Source of the DNA: Podarcis vaucheri
Lineage: Eukaryota
DNA: 64,000 bases
Assembly (NCBI GenBank): GCA_965113315.1
Contig: OZ220367.1
Reading direction: 5' to 3' (one strand)
Shown: positions 26,872 to 40,400 of the stretch, piece by piece
How the letters are laid out: each line of letters begins with the position of its first letter
Position numbering within the stretch: the first letter of the stretch is position 1
Made by a program: the position numbers and the translations under genes
The notes under the pieces: generated by a model
What the model was told of the DNA's origin: nothing
Database searches by the model: none
The model's input: only the letters and a program-made list of their open reading frames with translations

Positions 26872-26948
<77 letters not shown>
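26872..26948. repeat. Compound (TC)~19(GT)7(GA)12 microsatellite
   Basis: Direct reading. Confidence 0.95.
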
Positions 26949-28466
26949 ATTGGATTACTCACAGTGAAATGGTTCTTTGCTTTGCTTGTTTCATCTTAAT
27001 TTTTCCTTGGTGATCTTGTGAAGGTAACTTACAGTATCATACAAACTGTAGCACTTTAAAAAAATATATTGTTGCATTCTGTTTGCGTTATTTTAAAAAA
27101 TAAATAATAGCTTTACATTGTCTTGGAATCGTAACAGAAAAAAATGTGCCCTCATGTCTTTAAGCATCTGTTTATAACCATGCCATTTTTCTCCCTAAAA
27201 CTTAGTGTACTTACATTCATTGTTAAGAAGCTGCTTATTAGTGTACTTCGAACTGAACATTGCTGCACAGTTTCATACATAGCTATTCAAAAGTAAGCTC
27301 CACTGAATTCAAAGGGTCTTACCCTCAAGAAAATGTGTAGAGGATTGCAGTCTCAATCTCTTTTACTACAGAGCAGTGACCAGTTGTTCGTTTCTATTTA
27401 ATGGTCTAAGTACTGCAAAATGATTTGTCCTATTCTCTGGTTCATATGGAAAGAGTTTTAAACAAAGCAAAACAGAAGTTGGTCCTTCTGATGAAAGAAG
27501 AGGATGTAAATAGTTTCTCCGTAAGGAAATAATAGAACTGCCTGTTCTCAAAAGGCATGAAGGGAAAATTGGGGGTGAAATTTGAATTGCCAGGCCTCCA
27601 TGTTTCCTTCTTGTAAAGATTTGCCCCCCCCCCTTTTTTTAGACCATACAAGATCCAATGGGAATGGCAACTTATTACAGGGTGTAGCAGATGCACAATT
27701 GGCTCTGGCTTGTGCATGCCTGCTAATATAACTTTTGAACTGCCGACACATGGGTCTCACTTTTGGCTAGATCTGTGTGTCCTGGAATGAACTCTGCAGC
27801 ATGCACACATCTGACTGTGGGTGAGAGCTGTGTCTCAGCAGTTTGAACGTTGCATTATTAGCAGGTACATATTGGTGAAAGTGATCCTTTTAACTCCTAT
27901 ACCCGATAACAATCAATTGCTCCCTTAGGCTTCCTTATTTCAGGATGCTAAAGCCCCTTACAAGACCACAATGCATCCTGCCTTTGTCTAAGCACAGTAA
28001 AACAAACAAACACAATATACTACTTTCTGTGCCATAAGGGCAGCCCCCCCCCAATCGGTGGGTGGCCTGTCTGTAGGTCCCGAAAACCATACAGATGGGT
28101 TACAAGGTCACCAGGAATGGGTGCTGGGACAATACAGTGCATGGGATTAAAGAAGTTTCATTTTACAGGTCAGGCTTTTGCAAGCCAAAGGGTGGTCCTT
28201 AATAACAATGAGCTTATCTTGACCGACATCTTTAGCAAACAGTTTGAGAACCAGATCATTAGGAAAAGCAGGAACTAATAAGCTTGTGTGAAAATGTGGG
28301 AGGTGGGGGACTGAGGCTATTTTGATGACTGTGTACAAATGTCTTACACCTAGTTTTAAAGGAGAGTATGTGTGTGTGTGTTTCTAAACTGCTTTCTTAA
28401 TGTTTGCGCTATGTAGCTTTCTTAACACAGCATTTTCCTCACACTCTCCATTTTCTTTTTTCACAG

Positions 28467-28599
28467 TCTAACAAAGTCCCAGTTGTGCAGCACCCACACC
28501 ATGTACATCCTCTCACGCCGCTTATTACGTACAGCAATGAGCACTTCACACCAGGGAATCCTCCTCCACACTTACAAGCCGACGTAGATCCGAAAACAG
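28467..28599 (+). CDS. TCF7L2: TCF7L2 exon 6 (133 nt) [44 protein letters not shown](G)
   Basis: tttttcacag|TCT ... ACAG|gtaggg; phase 0 to 1. Confidence 0.98.
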
Positions 28600-31500
28600 G
28601 TAGGGTGAACAATGTTTGATGAGGAGCTAGGCTTTGCGGGGAGGAAGCTTCCTGAAATATCATAGTTAGATCATTTTGGGGGTGGGGGGGACACGCAAAA
28701 TATTCACTTAGGAGTAAGTATATTAAAGCTAATTGTCTGCAGATTACCCAGAAATAAATAAAATGAACATATTGACTGTGTAATTGATCTCAGGATGCTG
28801 TCTCCAGTCATTTAGGCCCTCAATCGCATTTTAATAACAACAGTGTGTTCAATTTCTAACATCTATGCGTATGATGGAATATGTTGATCAAAATCTAGAA
28901 ACTGAAATGACACGTTGTCCCCATTGTTAAATTCTAATAGTGCAGCAGTCTGTAATGCTATACAGGCATTCACTGTTCCAAATAACTGATGTTGGAGGTG
29001 CTATTTTGACTAAAGGTTTATATCATAAATTACTTTAGATGTATGATAAAGAACATGTCCTAAAAAGAGGATAAATGGAGATTGCCCTGCTTTTTGAATA
29101 GTTTATTTGATCTTCTTAATTTCAGAGTCATTTCCTACTACTTTTTATATTATAGTATTTAAAGGTTCTATAATACTTTTTTAGCTCTTTTCCTGGATAA
29201 AATCAGTTTTTTACCTTAGCTTTTAACAATTCTGTTTTTTAAAAATGAAATCTAAATCCTTTGTGTAGTTATAAAACCACATTCTTGAGGCCATTCTGTT
29301 GACTTCATCAAGTTATATATGTGGCTTGCTGATTTTAGCCAATGAATAAAATGCATAATCGTGTTAAGTGATCTTTTTGGCTGCCAGTGTCACAGGATCA
29401 AATGCTCTCTTGTAATTTTTAATCCCACTGCTACATTCTGGTAAATTTTACTCCAGTCCAAATTGATTATTGTGGACACATGGCACTCTCTCAACCCTGC
29501 TTAGATTTATTAGTGTTAAAGACTAGATTTTAGTTATTTTGTTAACTAAAAATATATATCTTGTTAGCCTGTTGCCCTAGAGGATGTAATAGTGTCAGTC
29601 TTTGTTCTGTAGACTGTATAGAGTCCTCAGAGGGCATTTTTTTCAGTTAGTCCAAATCCTTGCAAGTTAATTAAAAAGTAAATTTGAAACCGTGAATACG
29701 TGTTAGAGCTTGTCAAAGAATTGCTGTAGTTGTGATTAACATATTTAGATAATGCATCCAAACTCAGTCTATGAATGAATGAATCAATGTTTCTTTTATT
29801 CCCATATGCCACAATTGGGCTTCCTTTGGATTGTGTTTAATGCTAATATTGCATAGATTTAAAAGGATCTTCATCCAGCCATCTCTGTATTGCAAGTGCA
29901 TGGCAGCATAGTCTGACACCCATTTAAATAATGGGAGTACAGGGAATGGTTTCTAAATGGTTATCGTAAAACATATGATTAACGTCCATAGACTGTTTAC
30001 TTTTCTTCCGCGAACATTCTTTCAAGTGTGCAAACAGCTCACTGTATGGTTAAAGCCCAGTTAATCTGTTTGGATTTTGTAATGGAGAAAAAGCTGTGTC
30101 TGCCCGAAAATGTCACACAGGAAGATTTAATTTAGAGATTAAAAGCTCCCTGAGTGTCTTTTAAAAAAATCGTTTTTTAACAGTGAATACAGTGCCTCTT
30201 CATTTTAATGCTTCTGTTCTTAATTCTACATTTGCTATATTTTGAAGAGCTGGGTTCTCTTGAGGTACCCAAACATGTAACTTCTACTCACCTGAGAAGT
30301 TTGAACATGCAAGCACTGCAAATTATGATCTATTTATTCCTGGGCAGAACTCTTGGGATAGTTCCAAACAAAGTGTTTCAAGGATCTCATCCTTTACACT
30401 CATTTTATCTGAAAAGATAGATGTTTATGCACATATTATCACCAAGAGCCAGGATTTGCTGAAGCTCCCTCTTGAGTTTACACTCAGTGTGAAACTTGAG
30501 TTTGTTTATGGCTGGGAGGCATTTGAAACTGGTTCTTCTGCATCCACACCAAAACAATCCAAACCACTCATGATTTGGACAGTTATCACATATAGCTGTA
30601 TATATTACAACCAGTGCTTTTTTTCCTAAAAAAAATGTTTAGGGGTACTCTCATTTTCCTACTCATATTGAAATACTGCCCCTCAGTGAGGCCAAACCTA
30701 GATTCACAAAATGTTTAGGGGTATGTGTCCCCCCCAGAAAAAAGCACTGCTTACAACCATCATTTGGGTGGAGACACAGTGCTCCCGGTGGCTAAAAGGG
30801 CTTAAGAATCACTCACTTCCTAGCTTCTCTCTCACAATTCAATTCCCTACTTCCTTTGGCTTTAACCATGGTTAAGGATTAGTGTGCACTGATTCTAACC
30901 AGGGCTAATACTAACTAGGGTTGCTTTCATGATAGCTTTAGTTTAGAACATAATCTTTAACTATGCTTATGGCCATCAAGGGAGGATTTGCATGCATAAG
31001 TGGAGGGAGCAGACAACCCTATGGACCACCACTGATCACTTAAATGAAATCAGAAGCACTGTGTATGCCCAAACCTTTGCAACTGAGGATGCCTTTTCTA
31101 CCTAGAATAATGTGGATTAATGTAACCTTTCATACATATTTCTCTTGTATGTACAATACAATATGGTTACTTGTGGTTGGAAAATGTAGTATTCTTTGTT
31201 AATCCAAGGATTTGTTTCTAGATTTAGTATCTTAGTCATTAATGAAGTTAAATTTGCCATTCTATTCTCTAAATGTATTTTGGAACAGTGAAAAACTTTA
31301 CTGTTTTGTACAGAAACAGAATGTGATCCATAGGAAAAGAGTAATTAAAATAGCTAAGGGCTAATAATGTACATTAATTAAATGGATGACTACTTCCCCC
31401 AACTCCTCAGATATAAGTTCATTGTTTTGTTTCATTTTCTCAGCACGCCATCCCTGCCCCCAAACTTCCCTTTACCATCAAGGTTTTAATGTTTCATGTG

Positions 31501-34500
31501 GAAACACTAATCCAAATCAAAATTAGAACAAATGTGGCTTATATAAACTCGTAACAGGAACCTTCTGGAAACAGAAAGGCACTGCAGCCATATAAAATGG
31601 TTTATTTTAGAAAGTACCTTTTTGAGTGACCTGAAGGTGTCTGCACAAAAGAGGCGACACACATGATGGTACAAAATGAAAGCAAGGTGGGAGCCTCCAT
31701 CCTTTTAAGACTTTGGGAGAACAAAGTCCTGCACGGTCTTTGACTGTGGGGAAGAAAACAGATCAAATGTCCTACTTCTCTAGCTGAGTCTCATTTGCTT
31801 ACTGTACTAAGTAGGATGCTCTGGGGACGATAGGTGAAGGCAGCAGGCCATGTCTTGAGAATAGGAAGTAGAGTTATGAAAGGCAGAAAGTGTGGTACTC
31901 ATGGTGTAGAAATTTGTATGACTTTCCTGCCTCCTTTTTCTTTTCTTTTTTAATCCCCCTTTTCCCCCTGCCCTGACCCACTTTCATGATGCTTCCTTTT
32001 CCTCTTCCCTAGGAATTCCACGGCCTCCGCACCCTCCAGATATATCTCCTTATTATCCACTATCACCGGGCACTGTAGGGCAAATCCCCCATCCGCTAGG
32101 ATGGTTAGTACCACAGTAAGGAGTTCCATTTTTTTCATTTTATTTTTTATTTTTCATTTTTGTACATATCTGTGGGGGGAGGAGGATAATTGTGCTTATT
32201 TGCTTTGCCTGAAATGCATACGTTGAGTTAAGCATGCTTGCCAGCTGCCAGTTTATGGCATGGGCAAATCAATAACTTTTGCTCAATAAAGATTAAATGA
32301 ACTAAAGTGACGGGTCATTGCGTGTTAAATAAGAACAGAGCATGAGGGCATCATTTCATGTGTCCTGACATCAGAGGGTGACCCATGGATCATAAATGTC
32401 AAACATTTCTTCTGAAAGGGTGGGGTGAAAACGTTCTGGATAGTATAATTTGTAGGGTTGCTGTTTCAGAAACATCCCTTGCTGATACCCTATTATTTTA
32501 TAGTGCACTACTATTGAGCTTTGTGTAATTGCATTACATTTGCATTCCCCTTTAATTCTTGTTTCCAAGGTTTGGGATAATATTTTTTAATGGGCTGGAA
32601 CATGGCTTAAAAATTGGGAGGGAGCTAAGTGAACCATAGGATCATAGAACTGTGGAGTTGGAAGGGACCATGAGGGTCATCTAGCCCCACCCCCTGCAAT
32701 GCAGGAATCTTTTGCCCAACATGGGTCTCAATCCTGAGATAAAGAGTCTCAGGCTCTACCGACTGCAGGAGGGAGCTCATGGGGAGAACCTAATTTCAAA
32801 ATGTGTAATAACAACAAGAGGGAAGAAGAGTTCTAAAGTGTAGGCAGTATTTTTGCAATGTCTAATGAATAGGTGCAGTAATGGTCTTACTAATCTGAAA
32901 ATTCAAATTAAAAGAGGCAAAATCTTAAAACAATGCTTTAAAAAAATGTGTTGTGGCATGTAATTTGCCTCAAACATTTTGACTACTTGTCTTCTTCAGG
33001 GACAAGCAAATCTTGCACAATCCTGTTCCACTGCACTAGTTGAAACAATTGATTGCAACGTGCTCTAAATTAATAGTTGTAATAAGATTGTGTGATTTAC
33101 ATGAGTCTGAATATGACAATTTGTTGAAATGCATTAGATGCAAAAAAAGTACATTGATGATTTTGAGTATTAACTTGAACCAGACTCTCTCTCTCTTTCT
33201 CTCTCTTTCATATTTCCCCCCTGATTTGTGGTGTTGTCCCCTCCTTTCCTTCTGTTTGGCTTTATTAATCTAATTTTAGCTTCAAATAGTTTCCTTTATT
33301 ATGTAACCCATTCTAAGTAGCAGGTTCCCTATGTCCCTGCAACCTTTTGGTTTTGAAATGGGAGAAAGGTAGTTTGCACTGAAAAAATATCAGCCTAGTA
33401 CTATTGCTATACTACTATACTGTAGTATATACAGCTCAAATATACTTCCAGAATTGGAACCTGTGGCCTTTTATGTGGCCACCTGGAAACAGTGGTTCCT
33501 TTTACAGGTGGTACACTATTGTATTCATTTTCCTGGTCCTATGGGCCTATTTCTTATTTTTATAGACAAAATGTGTGATCCCTGGGGGGAAACACTGCAG
33601 TTTTAGAAAACACATCCTGATTATGCTTCAGAAAGTTCACACTTCAAAGGAAGAAAATAATAGCAGGAAAATAGAATCACTAGCCTCTTGTTCTCCCTGT
33701 CACAGTTATCCAAACAAACACCAGTATACCTTTGGTTTCTATATTGTAGTAGGGCTTTTACAATGTCTTGTCATTTGATGGGCTACCTACATATCTTCTG
33801 TATGCAGAAGTAGATTTTACAGAATTCATAATAAATAACTGTTTGGCTATTTCAAAGATATTTTAATGTACAACTATCATCCCCCCCCCTCTTTTCTTCA
33901 GAGAGATAACTTTTTTTGTACCCCATGCAACTTTTTGAAGAGCCAAAGAGCATAAACATCAAATTCCTTTAAAAGATAGGACTGTCCACCTGGTATTTTT
34001 ATTATTTTAACCATTTATGGGCTCTGCTCTGTATTAAGATGGGCTGTGAGGATATTTAGCAGAGTAACCTTTCAAGAAAAACTCACACCCCAAATAACAA
34101 CTTACCCGTTCAGTGGATACATTTGAAAGACAGATGAAAAGGACCAGCCAACACAGACAAACCTCAATCAGAAAAAGTTGTGTAGCTTTCATGAGGATGC
34201 TGTTTTGCATGTTGCTGTATTTTTTAATTATTGTAATGAGGTATGATTGTCTATTGGTTACCCACAATACTTCTTGNNNNNNNNNNNNNNNNNNNNNNNN
34301 NNNNNNNNNNNNNNNNNNNNNNNNNNNNNNNNNNNNNNNNNNNNNNNNNNNNNNNNNNNNNNNNNNNNNNNNNNNNNNNNNNNNNNNNNNNNNNNNNNNN
34401 NNNNNNNNNNNNNNNNNNNNNNNNNNNNNNNNNNNNNNNNNNNNNNNNNNNNNNNNNNNNNNNNNNNNNNNNNNNNNNNNNNNNNNNNNNNNNNNNNNNN

Positions 34501-37411
34501 NNNNNNNNNNNNNNNNNNNNNNNNNNNNNNNNNNNNNNNNNNNNNNNNNNNNNNNNNNNNNNNNNNNNNNNNNNNNNNNNNNNNNNNNNNNNNNNNNNNN
34601 NNNNNNNNNNNNNNNNNNNNNNNNNNNNNNNNNNNNNNNNNNNNNNNNNNNNNNNNTCTGTGCTGTACAATCCCCAAGATTTTTGTTCTGATCAAATGAG
34701 AATAAAGCTTACTGTGCAGAGAAAGAGAGAGAGAGAGAAATTTAAAATGCCAAAAATACATACCCCTGGTTTTTTTACTCATTCTTTCCCCCTCCCCCCC
34801 ATCTTTCTAGGCAAGGTCAACCAGTCTATCCAATCACAACAGGGGGATTCCGACATCCCTACCCAACCGCTCTGACTGTCAATGCTTCCATGTCAAGGTG
34901 AGTTCAAAGTACTCAGGTCCAGAAGTAGGGGCATCTGCTACTTCTGTTTATCACTCTCTATAGGGCAGTGAAGCTTTGCTAAAAAAATGCCTTGATTTAG
35001 TTATGCAATGATCTTTGTTTTAGTTTGGGGGGGGGGTGGGGAACCCTCACATTGTTCCCAGTGACAAAGCCTTGTCATATAGGTCCGTTCTTGAAGTTCA
35101 GTGCTTTTGAACTGCATTTATTTTAATCCTTAACTAACTAGAGGGAGGCATCATTGTAACCCTATGATATTGAGAAGCCTGGAGATTATGCTGTTGCAAG
35201 TTTTGCTTTCTCCATGGCTCTCATTTCAAGCAGGGTTTTCTATGAAGAACAGGGTCTGTCTGCTTTTATTATGCAAGCAGACTTAGAAGGAGGGGTGTTG
35301 CATTTTCTTCTCATTCCCAAGCTCAAATTATTTTTAGTTGACATAAAAAGACCCACCTGATCCTCTAAAGGGCTTAGAAGTATATATTTTCTCTCTCTCT
35401 GCCCCAACCTCCAATTAATTCCAGCTAATTTTCCAAGGGCTGCTAGTTTTATTTACAAACTGCTTGGCAGCACTATGTTTAAGTAATCACTAATTGCTCC
35501 TAATGATAGTTTTATTCTCTGTTCATCTGATTTTCAGTCTAGTTAATTAAATCGGTGGAGGTTTAGACTTTCCTGATGGGCTGAAACAGCTAATCCATTT
35601 TGATGATGGTACATAATTAAATTAGCATGCATTACATAGCAAGGTTCCACATTTCCCCCTCAACTCCCTCCCCCTCCTGGACCTTTCCAATCCCTGCAGT
35701 TAATACGTGAAGGTTAGATTACAGAGGAGGAAGGGTTTGAGGAAGCAAAGGGCATGGAGAAGCTAAAGGAAACTTCATGGCTAGCAGATAACTCTTCTCT
35801 TATACAGTTGCAGAACGAGGCAGCAAACCAATTCTGCACACGCAAATATAATTAAAACCCAGATTCCCTAATGCTAACCTTTCTGCTAATATTGCACATT
35901 TGTGAAAAAGACTGGCAAGCTGAGAAAGGGCAATAAAAATGAGTCTGAGTTCATCTTAATTATTATTAAGGCTGTTCTATTTATCTGTTTAGTTTTTTGC
36001 AAGGGGCAGGAATGAGTGAGAGAGAGAGAGAGAGAGATCAGTTCTATCCCTTAGATATGCCTTTATGAAAGGGATCTAGTTAAAAAGGGTATACAGCAAA
36101 TTAAATACATTATTGTGGTAATGGGACGACAGAAGTACAAGTCTATTATACTTACAGCAGTTATAGGAATTGTATGCTCCTTGCCCTGTTCTAGCACATC
36201 CTTTGATATTCATTCTATTCAGCAGCAGGGCCAGGACTTCTCAGAATTAAGTGATGGGTCATTATACTTTAAACACCATGGAGAAGCCAAGATTGGCAAT
36301 TAAACAGCACTTGCTGACACTCGCTTGTGCCACTCTGTGACCCCCTTTAGATTGAGATGTTGGAGCTCGGGGCCCTCAGCCTGCTAAATTGGTAGCAGGC
36401 ACTTCTCCTGACGAGGGCTGGCTCTGAAATCTGCCGGCTTCAAAGGGAGCAAGATCATGTATAAACCATAATATGGGTGCACCGTGGCTCAAAAAAAGGA
36501 GGGGGAAAAGGGGGGGAGAGGCAGGAATAGATGAAATGTTACAAGTGCAAGGGGAAAATGAGGGAATAATGACAAATCTAATGCAACTCAAAGCAGAATT
36601 GTTGCACGAAAAAATGCATCCCACTGCTTGTGCATAAAATCAAGGCAGGCAGATGACATCCAGTTAACAGAAACATGTCAACAGTGAAGTAAAGTGAGAG
36701 TGAGTAAGAGAGAAGCCCCTGAGACAGCCAGGAACAAAAAATTAGTTGTCCTTAACAAGTTACGGCTCATCATTATATTCTGGCTTGGAGCCATAAAAGC
36801 AGACAGGGGTATATAATGAGCTGCTTAGAATTTTTTAGGGTGTTTATTGCAATTCATAGAATACTTGTCTGCGGAAAGGAATTTCTCAGTCAAAGAAGGG
36901 TGTGTGTCCTTTATATGTGATAGCACGCTATGCAAACAAACACGCAGAAAAAGGGGGGGTAGCGTTTAAAAAATAACCCACATGTGCGTGCACATGGCAT
37001 GTGTGTGTGCAATGAAACATGTTCTCTATGTTTAACGGACAAAATGCATTAAAATGTACAATGTGTGCTTTTGTTTCACATTTGAAAATGTCAACTTTAA
37101 GACCTACTGTGTGATGAATAGTGTGATTAAGCATTTTTGCTGACCTGCAGTTTCTTACATTCCTAAATATGCTCTGTGTAATTGAACACGCACCACATTC
37201 ATATGTTTATGCTTGTCCTCTTTTGACATGCATGAGTGCAGGACGTGTGCCTTTTATAATCATGCCCCGTTGTATTGAATAGGTGGTTTGATTTAATATT
37301 TAATTATATTTATTTAATAATAATAATATAAAAAGATGATAGATTCCCCCCCCCCAGACCCAGAATTAAACGCTAAAGTAGATTACTATCTTCTCTCTCA
37401 CCCTCACCTGC

Positions 37412-37465
<54 letters not shown>

Positions 37466-40400
37466 TCACAGCTCTCTGTCAAGTTCTGAAATTGAGCATC
37501 CACTCATAATTTACACCTCTCTACTGTTGACCATATAACTTTGCCCACTTCTTTTATGCCCTGCTACACCCCAAAGGCGTTGCAAACTTATATGGCTTGC
37601 ACTGCAGGCGTTTGGACTAGATGACCCTTGTGGTCTCTTTCGATTCTGTAATTCTGTGACCATGTATTTTACAGCTGAACATAAAGTTTGAGTCTGGCTA
37701 AGTACCTTTGTAGTTATAATCAGAAATCCCATGCAGTTGTGTGTTTTTTAAAAAAAAAATACAAAAAAATTGAGGGTAGTATCCTATTATGTTTATTCAG
37801 AGTACACCCATTGAAATTAATAAGCATGATCAAGTTTGGTCATTGATCTTAATAGGTCTACTCTGAGTGAAACTTAGCTGACTACCACTCTGAGCTTTTG
37901 TATGGTGGAATCTGTTTTCTCACATGCCAGAAGTAGTATCTTCTTTACTGCTTGATGTTTCTTTTTTAAGTTCCCTGCTCTTTCTTTGGGATACTCCTCA
38001 ATTTTATTTACCTTCCCTCCCAACCTCCAGAAATTAAATGTTAGTTAAAGTAGAATAATAATGAGATTTCCATCCTGGTGTTCCATAGGTTGTTTATTGT
38101 GTTATTTTGTAACAAGGTTTACGATTGTATGCAGTAGCTTTGCCACAACCTTTTCCATGGTAAAATGAAGAGTATTACATACCTTAAAAATCTGCATTGG
38201 AGGAAAAATGTGGTTCTCATATCTCTGTGATGCAGGAAGTTTCCCATTCTTTTCCCATGGGAAGAAACTCCTTCACACAAATTCTTCTCCATATGAAATT
38301 ATGATAGACTGTTGATGCTTCACTACATCAAAAAACCATGTACAAACTGGTGCTGAAAATGACATTTTGACAAGTCAACACAGCCCCTTTTGTAGTGTAG
38401 TACACCTGGTTTCTCACCTTGTCTTCTCTTCTTCTATCACAAAACCAAACCAAAGTTAATACAATATCTACTTTCCTTGTCCCTGCCACAATTCTTAGTT
38501 CCGCCTCCATAGTAATTTTCAATAATGATTTGCAAACTTATCTTGGAAATGAAAACACCTCTCTGCTCCTGTTTATAAGCACTTCTGGCTGTTAAATAGA
38601 ACTTCCCTTCCCTGTCCTTTCTCTGCATGGCCCCTAAATCTGCTCTGGAGGCTTGGGAGAGGGGAACCCAGAACATATTTAGGGGATGTGTGGGAAGGTT
38701 ACATTGTTCTAGCAGAAACCCAAGCTTTCCCACCTAAGAAATTCTTTTGGGGAACGGAGGAACAGAATGGACATTGACCATTCCCATCTTCTCTGTGCCC
38801 CCTATATTATATCACTCTGCTTTACCCTTCTCATACAAGGAAAACAATCAGCTAAGGGCTAGAAAACCAGTTGTATGCATATCCCAATTTGGGTGAAAAC
38901 AGTTTCCGTAATTAGAATGCGATAACAGCCTACCAATTTGAAGGCTAGGGTTGGTAATATTGAGGAGTGGCAAGTCTCTTTTCTTTCCCATTCTCATTGC
39001 TTCACCCCCTTCTAACCCCTTCCCTTCTCATTTGATGCTACACCTGTCCCAAGGGCCAAATCCAACATGAATAAGGGAAGGAAGTGAGTTGGTGATGAGT
39101 ATATCCATGCCAGGAATTAAAGGCTTTGATGTGTTTAAGGCATCCATGCCCTGGGGTCATCAGGAGAGGCAAAGTGACACTACACTCTGTAGCCAGTGGA
39201 AGTCAGTGGGAGCCATGTCTAGGGCAGGAGCAGGTATTATACCTCCACCTGATACCCAGATACTCCACACACTGGTCACGAGCCTGCAACTTTCATACCT
39301 AGTCCTATTTAACTAAGTGGAGGCCAATATGACACAACCCTACCAATATCTGCAAAGCTTTATTCCCTCCCAGGAACAGCTTGCGAGGTGGGATGGAGCC
39401 ACTACACTAGCTTTCTGGCTGGTGGTTGAGAGTGTTGTTCCTGGGAGCAGCAGGATTGAGGTGGTGGGGAGGTTGGTGAGGGGCAACCAACCAGGATCTT
39501 CAGATTAGCTCTGCTGCTGCATTTGCATCAAGCAGATGTCTCCAGTGCCTTGCTCCTGCCCCTTCCAGTAAGCAATAGCGACCCACCTGTTGGGAAGCTG
39601 GCACAGGTGATCTGCTTGGCCTCACCTACTGAGCTGCTTCTGGCACTAACATATGCCATTGTTGTTGTCTGTAGCTTGGTTATGATAGATTAGAATATGG
39701 CAAAGAATGACAAAAAGATGAGAGGGACCTGTGCAATTTTGCATGTGGGTTGAGGTGAAGGACTCTACTTCTTCTCCCATCTCTCTTTGGTTCAGCACAC
39801 ACATACACACCCCTTCTAGAGTAGCGTTTTAGGATTGAAGGGAAATAGCCTAGTCAACTTTAATGTTGCTTCTACTTACTCTGAGTACACTTGAACACCA
39901 TTCATTAATCAATGTATTGTTTTGCCACTAGAGAGCATATTTATTGATTCTTGTTTAGTGAAAGATGGCTATAGGATCATAGGTACAACACCAGTACATG
40001 ATTCAATATTTATTTGACTGTACATTTGGATCTTACCACTCACATCTCCCATTTTCCTTTCAAATGTTTCCTGTTTTCCCTCTTTAAGAAGTCCCTGCTT
40101 TTAAATCTCAAGTCAATTTTAAATTTGATTTCCTGTGCCATGGAGATATAAGACAATGATTAAAAAACAACAAAACCCCCAATTTTCTTACGCTCCATTT
40201 TAAGAAACTATAGCTAATAAGGTGAAGAATTGCATGTAAATCGAGGTTCCACAAACACTTGCTATTTATAACAATGAAATAAAGAGCCATTTTGTAATCC
40301 TCAGCCTGATTTGAGGTTCATATTAAAAGTTCAAATTCCCAGAGGCTGTTTCCCCATAATTTTATATGAGTAGGACCTGCACTTTACAATCAAGAAGGAG

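Noticed and set aside
1-28466. TCF7L2 exons 1-5 or exon 4a
   Set aside because: No beta-catenin-binding or MKWPLLDV-type sequence seen. They are presumably upstream of the window; the gaps cannot be inspected.
32700-32765. tRNA-Lys gene on the minus strand
   Set aside because: Truncated and internally deleted, and fused to a CR1 tail: it is a SINE head, not a tRNA.
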